From NCBI GenBank assembly GCA_019912665.1, contig JAIOIE010000018.1, forward strand, positions 286,590 through 350,589: a stretch of 64,000 nt of DNA, read 5' to 3'. The translations under genes were made by a program, and so were the position numbers. Shown in pieces: positions 56,158 to 64,000 of this stretch. Under the pieces are notes generated by a model. That model saw only the letters and a program-made list of their open reading frames with translations. It was not told where the DNA came from and made no database searches. The first letter of the stretch is position 1. Every line of letters begins with the position of its first letter. The stretch is from Deltaproteobacteria bacterium. GTDB lineage: Bacteria; Desulfobacterota; GWC2-55-46.

Positions 56158-56600
56158 AGATATACAGGCTACCGCAACTCGCCGAAGCCCACGAGGACGG
56201 CACATACCTTCTCGGCCTCGAGGACTTGAAGTCCAATGCGGTCTATATGGCATATGCCAGGCTCAGGCCGGGAGAAGCGCCACGGAAACTCGCCCCGCCC
56301 GAGGGCCGGGAAGAAATAGTGTTCGTGATAAAGGGCAGCCTGCTCGTAAGAAGCGGCAAGACCTCCGTGCCGGTCGGACCGGGCGAGGCCTTCCATGTCA
56401 AAGGTTCCGACAACACCAGCCTTGAGAACAGCGGCAGCGAGGACGCGGTCTTTATCGCGGCAGGCGGGAGCGCCGTTAAGGCCGAGGAGGCCGTAAAGGA
56501 AAAGGCCATTGAGGAGCCCCCTGTAAATCAGGCGTTTGAGGCCGCACCCGAAGAAGGTGAGCCTGAATTCATAATAACCAGAGAGGGATCGAGCGAGTAA
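56154..56600 (+). CDS. cupin-domain protein with acidic C-terminal tail
   Basis: EIVFVIKGSLLV...VPVGPGEAFHV cupin beta-barrel motifs. ATGA overlap with the upstream AbrB-like gene. Confidence 0.55.
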   Translation: MKIYRLPQLAEAHEDGTYLLGLEDLKSNAVYMAYARLRPGEAPRKLAPPEGREEIVFVIKGSLLVRSGKTSVPVGPGEAFHVKGSDNTSLENSGSEDAVFIAAGGSAVKAEEAVKEKAIEEPPVNQAFEAAPEEGEPEFIITREGSSE

Positions 56601-56919
56601 GGACAGATCGAACGACGAGAGCAGCCAGCTTTAAACCATCCGCCGTTTCCGCTTCCGTTAGCGAATCATTTAAAATTCAAGTCACCTCAGCACCGCGCAA
56701 AAGGTCTTTTGCGCCCTTGATTAGATACCACGCCGCAAAGAACGGGGTATCTTTGTCGTGGAATATGGACCCGGCTCGATAATCTCCACAGTCCCTCTTT
56801 AGATAAAAGGGGGAATACTTGCGAGTTTTCGAAAAGTGCGGAAAGGCTTTTTAGGATTGCTGGACAAAAACAGGCGAGCGACTGAAAAGCGGACGAAAAG
56901 ACTCCGGCGCGCCGGGGAC

Positions 56920-57798
56920 TCAAGCCCCTTCTATTATCTCCACCACGCTCTCTTCCTGCCCGATGGCCATTATATGAGCGCCGTGGCAGAAGCCTTTAAG
57001 CTCACGCACCTGCCTTGAGGCTATCTCGATGCCTTTTTTCAACTGGTCGGGCGCGGCCTCGAGCTCGTCTATGAGCCCCTGCGGCACGTTAACGCCGGGA
57101 ACGTTGTTATTCAGGTACTGCGCCATCTTCGCGGATTTTAAAAGCAGTATTCCGCCGAGCACTCTTACCCCGCTTTTCTCAGCGCCCTCGAAGAACCTCT
57201 TGAACTTCTCCATATCGAAGATGGCCTGGGTCTGGAAAAACCTGGCCCCGGATGCGACCTTCTTCTCGAATTTTATCTCCTCCGGCCCCCAGGGGTTGGC
57301 CTCCGGCGCGACGACCGCGCCGATATAAAAATCAGTCTTCCCCCGTAGCTCGGTAGCCTTCATGTTCTTCCCGTGGTTCAGGGTGTCTATAAGGCCCACG
57401 AGCTGGACAGAGTCCACGTCGAAGACGGCCTTTGCCTCCCTGTGGTCGCCGAAGGCGACATGGTCGCCGGTAAGGGCCAGGATGTTCCTCACCCCCAGGA
57501 CCCACGCGCCCAGGATGTCTGACTGGAGCGCAAGCCTGTTCCTGTCCCTGCATGTCATCTGGAAGACCGGGTCTATGCCCTCGTTAAGGAGGAGGACCGA
57601 GCAGGCGAGCGACGAAAGGCGCATGACCGCCCTCTGGTTGTCCGTTACGTTCGCCGCGGCGATCCTGCCCCGTAGAAGCCTGGCCTTCCGGAGGAATGTC
57701 TCGGTGTCCGTGCCCCTGGGCGGACATATCTCGGCTGTTATTACGAACCTGCCCGAATCCAGCTCGTCTTTAAGGCGTGTCTTCGGTTCCATGTTCAC
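56920..57798 (-). CDS. metF: methylenetetrahydrofolate reductase
   Basis: 292 aa TIM-barrel MTHFR (FVITAEICPP..., LALTGD). Confidence 0.85.
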   Translation of the reverse strand: MNMEPKTRLKDELDSGRFVITAEICPPRGTDTETFLRKARLLRGRIAAANVTDNQRAVMRLSSLACSVLLLNEGIDPVFQMTCRDRNRLALQSDILGAWVLGVRNILALTGDHVAFGDHREAKAVFDVDSVQLVGLIDTLNHGKNMKATELRGKTDFYIGAVVAPEANPWGPEEIKFEKKVASGARFFQTQAIFDMEKFKRFFEGAEKSGVRVLGGILLLKSAKMAQYLNNNVPGVNVPQGLIDELEAAPDQLKKGIEIASRQVRELKGFCHGAHIMAIGQEESVVEIIEGA

Positions 57799-57813
57799 CT
57801 GTTCTGATTATGA

Positions 57814-58506
57814 TTACGACCTGACTCGGCCGAGGATGGATTCGAAAACGCCCCTGCCGTCAAGCGAGCCAAGCTCGCCTTCAAGCGCCCTCTCGGGGTG
57901 CGGCATCATTCCGAGCACGTTCCCCTTCTCGTTCAAGATGCCGGCTATATTGGAAATGGAGCCGTTGGGGTTCGCGGAGTCGCTTACGATCCCGTCCGGG
58001 GTCGAATACCTGAAAGCCACCCTGCCCTCGCCCTCGAGCCTCGCGATAGTCTCGGGGTCGGCGTAGTAGTTACCGTCCGCGTGGGCTATTGGTATGTCCA
58101 CGACCTGGCCGCCGGAGTAGCGGCTCGTGAAGCGCGATCCATTGTTCTCCACCCTTAAATGGGTGTGCTCGCAGATGAACTTCAGGCCCTTGTTCCGCAT
58201 GAGCACGCCCGGAAGGAGGCCCGCTTCCGTCAATATCTGGAAGCCGTTGCAGATACCCATGACAAGGCCGCCCTTCCTGGCGAACGAGACGACCTCGTTC
58301 ATGACCGGCGAAAAGCTCGCTATCGCGCCTGTACGGAGGTAGTCGCCGTATGAAAAGCCGCCCGGCAGTATGACGCAGTCGAAGCCCTCAAGGCTCGTGG
58401 ACTTGTGCCAGACGTATTCGGCTTCCTGGCCGAATACGTGCTTTACGGCGTGGTAGCAGTCGTGGTCGCAGTTTGACCCGGGGAACACTATTATTCCAAA
58501 CTTCAT
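57814..58506 (-). CDS. purQ: phosphoribosylformylglycinamidine synthase subunit PurQ (glutaminase)
   Basis: [14 protein letters not shown]..., catalytic GICNGFQIL, and C-terminal HPE. Confidence 0.9.
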   Translation of the reverse strand: MKFGIIVFPGSNCDHDCYHAVKHVFGQEAEYVWHKSTSLEGFDCVILPGGFSYGDYLRTGAIASFSPVMNEVVSFARKGGLVMGICNGFQILTEAGLLPGVLMRNKGLKFICEHTHLRVENNGSRFTSRYSGGQVVDIPIAHADGNYYADPETIARLEGEGRVAFRYSTPDGIVSDSANPNGSISNIAGILNEKGNVLGMMPHPERALEGELGSLDGRGVFESILGRVRS

Positions 58507-58553
58507 GATTTCCCTTCATCGCAAACCTGCTTACGGGGCCGGCATGCGTTTTT

Positions 58554-58793
58554 CTATTCCAGCTCTATCCTGTAGTTCTCTATTACCGTGTTTGCGAGGA
58601 GCTTCTCGCACATCTCCCGGAGCCTCTTCTCAGCGGCTTCCGGCGAGGTCCGATCAAGCTCCACCTCCATGAACTTCCCGACCCTTACGTCCTTGACTTC
58701 ATTAAAGCCCATTGAGCCCAGCGCGCCCATAACCGCCTTGCCCTGCGGGTCGAGAACGCCCTTCTTAAGCGTCACGTATACCTTCGCCCTCAT
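58554..58793 (-). CDS. purS: phosphoribosylformylglycinamidine synthase subunit PurS
   Basis: 79 aa: VYVTLKKGVLDPQGKAV... Confidence 0.85.
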   Translation of the reverse strand: MRAKVYVTLKKGVLDPQGKAVMGALGSMGFNEVKDVRVGKFMEVELDRTSPEAAEKRLREMCEKLLANTVIENYRIELE

Positions 58794-59497
58794 TCCATCA
58801 CCTTCCTCAGGACCTCCTGGTAGGCCTCGCCGACCTTGCCCAGGTCCCTCCTGAACCTGTCCTTGTCGAGCTTCTCGCGCGTCTTCTTGTCCCAGAGTCT
58901 GCAGCCGTCCGGGGTTATCTCGTCCCCGAGGAGCACTTTCCCCTTGTGCTCGCCGAACTCGAGCTTGAAATCCACCAGTATTATACCCCTCTCGTCGAAA
59001 AACCGGGAGAGTATTTCGTTCACCTTAAGCGCGGTCGCGGACATCTCCTTCAATTCCGCGTCGGTCGCCCACCCGAAGACCCTGGCGTGGTACTCGTTTA
59101 TCATGGGGTCGCCGAGCGGGTCGCTCTTGTAGAAGAACTCGACGATGGGCTCGCTTAAAGAGGTCCCCTCCTCTATGCCGAGCCTCTTCGAGAGGCTTCC
59201 GGCGATGAGGTTCCTTACGACCACCTCGACCGGGATTATGCGAAGCTTTTTAACCAGCATCTCCCGGTCATTGAGCTCCTTGACGAAATGGGTCTTTACG
59301 CCGTTTGATTCGAGCATCCTGAAGATGGCCGAGGATATCTTGTTGTTGAGCGTGCCCTTTTCCTCGATTACGCCCTTTTTCTTCCCGTCAAAGGCGGTCG
59401 CCTCGTCCTTGAAATACTGTATCAGGAGGTCAGGGTCGTCGGTCGTAAAGAGGACCTTCGCCTTGCCCTCATAGATTTTTTCGCGCTTTTCCATCAA
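58790..59497 (-). CDS. purC: phosphoribosylaminoimidazole-succinocarboxamide synthase
   Basis: 235 aa SAICAR synthetase (LYEGKAK..., DTKFEFG-like region). Confidence 0.9.
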   Translation of the reverse strand: MMEKREKIYEGKAKVLFTTDDPDLLIQYFKDEATAFDGKKKGVIEEKGTLNNKISSAIFRMLESNGVKTHFVKELNDREMLVKKLRIIPVEVVVRNLIAGSLSKRLGIEEGTSLSEPIVEFFYKSDPLGDPMINEYHARVFGWATDAELKEMSATALKVNEILSRFFDERGIILVDFKLEFGEHKGKVLLGDEITPDGCRLWDKKTREKLDKDRFRRDLGKVGEAYQEVLRKVME

Positions 59498-59509
59498 AGC
59501 CTCCCCCTC

Positions 59510-60820
59510 CTAAGACTCAGATCCCTTCTTCCCGAAGGTCCTCTTGAAAATATAGTCAACTTGCTTCAGATACGGCTTTATGTCGAAAGAGGCGCCTATC
59601 TCCTTCTCCGTAAGATAGCCCCTCACTTCATTGTCGTCCATGAGGATGGATTTGAAGTCCCCGAGCCCCTCCCAGACCTTCATGGCGTTCCTCTGGACTA
59701 TCGCGTAGGCCTCTTCCCTTGTGGCGCCCTTGTCCACGAGCTTAAGGAGGACCTTCTGCGAGAATACCACACCCTTGAGCTTGTCCATGTTCTCCAGCAT
59801 GTTCGCCGGATACACGACCAGGTCCCTTACGAGGCCAGTGGCCCTCGAAAGCATGAAATCGACGAGTATGGTCGCATCCGGAGCGATTACCCTCTCGACC
59901 GACGAATGGCTTATGTCCCTCTCGTGCCAGAGCGGGATGTTCTCTATCGCGCTGACTGCGTATCCGCGAATGAGCCTTGCAAGCCCGGTAAGGTTCTCTG
60001 AGAGTATGGGGTTTCTCTTGTGCGGCATGGCGGACGAGCCCTTCTGCCCCTTGGTGAAAGGCTCCTCTGCTTCCAGCACCTCCGTCCTCTGGAGGTGCCT
60101 TATTTCGACCGCGAACTTCTCGATGGACGAGGCGATGATGGCGAGAGTCGAGAAGAACTCCGCGTGCCTGTCCCTGTGGACGACCTGGGTGGCTACGGGC
60201 TCGGGTTTCAAGCCGAGTTTCCTGAGCGCGAATTTTTCGACCCTCGGGTCTATCTGCGAGAAGGTCCCGACCGCGCCGGAGAGCTTGCCGTAGGAGATTA
60301 CTTCCTTGGTCCGCTCCATCCTCTCGAGGTTCCTCCCCATCTCGTCATACCAGAGGGCCATCTTGAGTCCGAAGGTCGTTGGCTCGGCGTGTATGCCGTG
60401 TGAGCGGCCCATCATGGGGGTCATCTTGTGCTCGAACGCCTTTTTCTCGAGCACGGACATGAGCCCCTTTATGTCGGAGATTATGAGGTCGGCCGATTCC
60501 CTTAGAAGCAATGCGAGCGAGGTATCGAGGACGTCCGATGAAGTAAGCCCCATGTGTATGAAGCGTGAGTCAGGCCCGACGAACTCGGCGACAGACGTAA
60601 GGAAGGCGATTACGTCGTGCTTGACCGTCCTCTCTATTTCGTCGATACGCGCTACATCGAAATCCGCTTTCTTTTTGATTACTTCGAGGGATTTCTTCGG
60701 GATCTTCCCGAGCCTTTCCCAGGCCTCGCAGGCCGCTATCTCCACTTCGAGCCACTTCCGAAACCGGTTTTCCGGCTCCCATATGCGGCCCATCTCCTTC
60801 CTCGTGTACCTCTCTATCAC
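59510..60820 (-). CDS. purB: adenylosuccinate lyase
   Basis: GTG start at complement 60818-60820 (VIERYTRKEMGRIW). SSAMPHKRNP fumarate-lyase signature. 436 aa. Confidence 0.9.
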   Translation of the reverse strand: MIERYTRKEMGRIWEPENRFRKWLEVEIAACEAWERLGKIPKKSLEVIKKKADFDVARIDEIERTVKHDVIAFLTSVAEFVGPDSRFIHMGLTSSDVLDTSLALLLRESADLIISDIKGLMSVLEKKAFEHKMTPMMGRSHGIHAEPTTFGLKMALWYDEMGRNLERMERTKEVISYGKLSGAVGTFSQIDPRVEKFALRKLGLKPEPVATQVVHRDRHAEFFSTLAIIASSIEKFAVEIRHLQRTEVLEAEEPFTKGQKGSSAMPHKRNPILSENLTGLARLIRGYAVSAIENIPLWHERDISHSSVERVIAPDATILVDFMLSRATGLVRDLVVYPANMLENMDKLKGVVFSQKVLLKLVDKGATREEAYAIVQRNAMKVWEGLGDFKSILMDDNEVRGYLTEKEIGASFDIKPYLKQVDYIFKRTFGKKGSES

Positions 60821-60965
60821 CTTGAAACCCCTGCGGATGGAATGAAAAAATTTAATATACCAGAAGGGGGCGGCCCAATACAAGAGGATATGAAAGGGGT
60901 TTTCCGATTTTCTGAAGGGGTTTGGAAGGGCTCCTGGCGGGATAGGTTTAAGCCCAAAAACCGGC

Positions 60966-61607
60966 TTAAGCCCCTTCCTCCGCCTGCCTTCTTGCCTTAT
61001 TTCTTTTGAGCCTGAATATCTCCTCCCTCTCCCTTTCCTCGAGGACGCGTTCTATGTACTTTATCCTGTCCTTTATGGAGGGGAGTATTACCTCGTTTAT
61101 TGCGTTTATCTTTCTTGAATCCGAGCGTATGACCTCGCCTATGCGGGATAGCCTCACCTCGCGCGAGGCTATCTTTACGATCAGCTCTGTTGCGGCCTCG
61201 AACTCCCGGGCGGCGTCGAGCACCTCGGCCCTTTCGCCGAGCGGGGATATGTCCCTGGCCTCAATAGACCTCGTAAGTCTGACCTCATCTATCTCCGGGA
61301 TGAAGATGCCCCATACGTTCCTGGCCTTTATGCTCAAGGGCACGCTCCTCCTGGAGGCATGGGCGAACGACTCTATTGACCCTGCGTCTATGGCCCTTGC
61401 GCGCTCTATCCGCCTCTGGGCGTCGGCAAGGAGGCTATTCAGTTCCTCGCGCATCCTTATCGATTCGTCCACGATGCCGAAGAACTCCTTCATGAGGGCC
61501 TCCCGCTTGCTCTTAAGAAGCTCAAGGCCCTTGCCTATGACCTCGTACCTCCGCCGGAGGGCCATGAACTGCTCCCTCGTGGGCGCGCTCTTTTCGAGTA
61601 CCGCCAT
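60966..61607 (-). CDS. atpD: V-type ATP synthase subunit D
   Basis: 213 aa coiled-coil central-stalk protein preceding the B and A subunits. Confidence 0.8.
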   Translation of the reverse strand: MAVLEKSAPTREQFMALRRRYEVIGKGLELLKSKREALMKEFFGIVDESIRMREELNSLLADAQRRIERARAIDAGSIESFAHASRRSVPLSIKARNVWGIFIPEIDEVRLTRSIEARDISPLGERAEVLDAAREFEAATELIVKIASREVRLSRIGEVIRSDSRKINAINEVILPSIKDRIKYIERVLEEREREEIFRLKRNKARRQAEEGA

Positions 61608-62960
61608 CTATCTTCTCCTTGCCACGGCCTCCCTCTCGGGCACTGTCTTAAGGAGCTCAAGCCCCAGGTCCAGGGTCTCGTCTATGGAGCGGTCTTCCCG
61701 GCCCTGGCCCACGAACCTCCTTTCGAACTCGTCGGAGAAGGCCAGGTATCTCCGGTCAAGGTCCGAAAGCCCCTCCTCGCCGACTATAGTCACGAGCCTT
61801 CTTACGTCGATGCCCCTCGCGTACGCGGAGTAGAGCTGGTCGGCTATGGTCCTGTGCCCGTCCCTCGTCTTACCCTTTCCTATACCGAGGTTCATTAGCC
61901 GCGAAAGGCACGGGAGGACGTCTATGGGCGGGTATATCCCTTTTCTGTGCAAGGCCCTGCTCAAGACTATCTGCCCCTCGGTGATGTAGCCGGTAAGGTC
62001 GGGTATGGGGTGCGTTATGTCATCGTCGGGCATGGTGAGTATGGGCATGAGCGTCACGGAGCCCTTGCCGCCCTTGAGCCTACCCGCCCTTTCGTAGAGG
62101 GTCGCAAGGTCGGTGTACATATAGCCGGGATAGCTCCTTCTGCCGGGGATCTCCTCGCGTGCGCTCCCTATCTCACGGAGCGATTCGCAGTATGAGGTCA
62201 TGTCCGTAAGGACCACCATCACATGATAGCCGCGCTCGAAGGCGAGGTACTCGGCGACGGTAAGCGCTATCCTCGGGGTGAAGAGCCTCTCGATGGTCGG
62301 GTCGTTCACCTGGTTTATGAATGCTATGGTCCGCTCAAGCGCGCCAGCCTCCTCAAGCGACCTCCTGAAAAAGAAGCTCTCCCTCGATGTTATGCCCATT
62401 GCACCGAGTATGACCGCGAACTCTTCCGCCTCAGCGACCTTCGCCTGCCTCACTATCTGAAGAGCCAGCTCCTTTGCAGGGAGCCCCGCGCCCGAGAATA
62501 TCGGGAGCTTCTGCCCCCGGACGAGGGTATTGAGCCCGTCTATTGCCGAGATGCCGGTCTGGACGAAGAAGTCCGGCTTTTCGCGGGCGGCCGGGTTCAT
62601 GGGCAACCCGTTTATCTCCTTGTACTCGTCAGGCACTATGGGCGGCAGGCCGTCTATGGGCTCGCCGAAGCCGTTAAGAACCCTGCCGAAGAGGTCCATG
62701 GAGACACCTACACGGGCCGTCTCCCCGGTCGGCAGCACGCTCGACTCGTCGGAGTCTATTCCCGAGGTCCCTTCAAGCACCTGTATGACGGCCCTCTCCC
62801 CCATGAGCTGGAGTATCTGCCCGGTCCTCTGCTCGCCTTCGGGGAGGTCGACGACGCACATCTCGCCGAGGCTCCCCCTTGTCATCCTGTCCACGAATAT
62901 GAGCGGGCCGGATATGGTCGCAAGCGTCCTGTACTGTCTTTTTATGAGGTCCAACGCCAT
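61608..62960 (-). CDS. atpB: V-type ATP synthase subunit B
   Basis: 450 aa, non-catalytic nucleotide-binding subunit ([13 protein letters not shown]...). Confidence 0.9.
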   Translation of the reverse strand: MALDLIKRQYRTLATISGPLIFVDRMTRGSLGEMCVVDLPEGEQRTGQILQLMGERAVIQVLEGTSGIDSDESSVLPTGETARVGVSMDLFGRVLNGFGEPIDGLPPIVPDEYKEINGLPMNPAAREKPDFFVQTGISAIDGLNTLVRGQKLPIFSGAGLPAKELALQIVRQAKVAEAEEFAVILGAMGITSRESFFFRRSLEEAGALERTIAFINQVNDPTIERLFTPRIALTVAEYLAFERGYHVMVVLTDMTSYCESLREIGSAREEIPGRRSYPGYMYTDLATLYERAGRLKGGKGSVTLMPILTMPDDDITHPIPDLTGYITEGQIVLSRALHRKGIYPPIDVLPCLSRLMNLGIGKGKTRDGHRTIADQLYSAYARGIDVRRLVTIVGEEGLSDLDRRYLAFSDEFERRFVGQGREDRSIDETLDLGLELLKTVPEREAVARRR

Positions 62961-62961
62961 T

Positions 62962-64000
62962 TCATTTTTCCTCGAGTATGGTGAACTCGCTCTCGATCTC
63001 TCCTATGAGGGCCCGGCCCTTTGCCGAGAAGCCCTCGTTCGGCTCGTCTTTCATGCGGGCGAGCTTCCATTTTACCGGGCTATCCAGTATGGTCTCGATG
63101 AAGACCCCTCTCTCCAAAGCCTCCTCGGCGCTCTCAAGGTAGGCGAATATGGTCTTCAGCATCCAGTATTGCTTCTCATAGGTATTGAATGCGTCTATTT
63201 CGCTGAATGCGCTCTGCTTTAGGAACGCGTCTGTCGCGAGGTTCGCGGCTTCGAGTGTCAGCCTGTCGGATTCCTGCAGCGCCTCGACGCCTATTATCTG
63301 TATTATTTCCTTCAATTCGGTCTGCCTCTGAAGGAGCGAGTAGAGCCTGTCTCTCAGCCTCACCATGTCCTCGGCGACCTCCCTTCCGAACCAGTCGTCG
63401 AGCTCGGCCTGAAAGAGGCTGAAGCTCGCGAGCCAGTTGACGGCCGGGAAATGCCTCCTGTACGCGAGGTCCGGGTCGAGCGCCCAAAGCGTGCCCGCGA
63501 ACCGGAGCGAGGCCTGCGTAACGGGCTCCGAAAAGTCGCCGCCCGGGGGAGATACTGCGCTTATTACCGTTACCGACCCCGTCCTGTCCTCCGAGCCCAG
63601 GCACATGACCTTCCCGGAGCGCTCGTAGAACATGCCGAGCTGGGTTGCGAGATACGGCGGGAACCCCTCCTCTCCGGGCATCTCCTCGAGCCTCGACGAG
63701 ATCTCCCGCAGGGCCTCGGCCCACCTTGAGATGGAATCCGCGAGCATGGCGACGCTGTAGCCCATGTCCCTGAAATACTCGGCAATCGTAATGCCCGTGA
63801 ATATCGAGGCCTCGCGGGCGGCGACGGGCATGTTGGAGGTGTTTACGACTATTACCGTCCGGAGGCTCAGCGGCAGCCCGGAGGTCGGGTCCTTGAGCTT
63901 GGGGAAGTCCGAGAGTATCTCCGACATCTCGTTACCCCGCTCGCCGCAGCCAACGTATACGACAATGTCGCTACGAGAGAACTTGGCAATGGTCTGCTCG
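62962..64000 (-). CDS. atpA: V-type ATP synthase catalytic subunit A, 5' end beyond window
   Basis: C-terminal portion of the A subunit. The frame stays open to the window end, with the N-terminus outside. Confidence 0.85.
   Translation of the reverse strand, partial: EQTIAKFSRSDIVVYVGCGERGNEMSEILSDFPKLKDPTSGLPLSLRTVIVVNTSNMPVAAREASIFTGITIAEYFRDMGYSVAMLADSISRWAEALREISSRLEEMPGEEGFPPYLATQLGMFYERSGKVMCLGSEDRTGSVTVISAVSPPGGDFSEPVTQASLRFAGTLWALDPDLAYRRHFPAVNWLASFSLFQAELDDWFGREVAEDMVRLRDRLYSLLQRQTELKEIIQIIGVEALQESDRLTLEAANLATDAFLKQSAFSEIDAFNTYEKQYWMLKTIFAYLESAEEALERGVFIETILDSPVKWKLARMKDEPNEGFSAKGRALIGEIESEFTILEEK

Noticed and set aside
1-64000. CRISPR arrays, rRNA genes, IS elements/transposases
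   Set aside because: I found no regularly spaced direct repeats, no rRNA-like conserved stretches, and no transposase/integrase-like ORFs on either strand.

Overview
This is a high-GC (roughly 60-65%) bacterial chromosomal segment, densely coding on both strands. Many long ORFs in the six-frame track are antisense shadow ORFs of real genes, which is typical of high-GC DNA.

Housekeeping and core metabolism: a 3'-truncated SDR epimerase at the left edge; three tandem small secreted paralogs; RtcB RNA ligase plus archease; iPGM (gpmI); LapB; the nadD-rsfS-rlmH ribosome-associated operon; RarA; a complete biotin operon bioB-F-H-C-A-D behind a bioO-like (BirA operator-like) palindrome; an aconitase-family hydratase; a D-2-hydroxyacid dehydrogenase and a GH15 hydrolase; a GMC oxidoreductase three-gene cluster; a MacAB-like tripartite ABC efflux system (ATPase, doubled FtsX permease, HlyD adaptor); metF; purQ/S/C/B; and V-type ATPase subunits D, B and A, with A running off the right edge.

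Accessory regions worth attention:
(1) A minus-strand operon at 20227-25685 encoding a decaheme MtrA/PioA-like cytochrome, a large MtrB/PioB-like outer-membrane beta-barrel that is split by an apparent frameshift, a small multiheme cytochrome with one atypical CKCH site, and a methyl-accepting chemoreceptor whose periplasmic domain carries a CX5CH motif. I read this as a candidate porin-cytochrome extracellular electron transfer module coupled to taxis.
(2) A polysaccharide locus of about 17 kb (37383-54030). It encodes eight glycosyltransferases, five SAM methyltransferases, a sulfotransferase plus APS kinase, and a Wzm/Wzt ABC exporter whose Wzt carries a C-terminal glycan-binding domain. 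A coiled-coil plus 'SWSWK(V/L)T(G/A)PLRR' module recurs in it, once fused to a GT4 and twice as small stand-alone ORFs. Several genes sit in low-GC islands.
(3) A divergent CI-like / LexA-like repressor pair with overlapping consensus promoters and a shared palindromic operator. The LexA-like protein has GDGM in place of the catalytic GDSM.

One tRNA-Cys(GCA) is present. I found no CRISPR array, rRNA, transposase or integrase.
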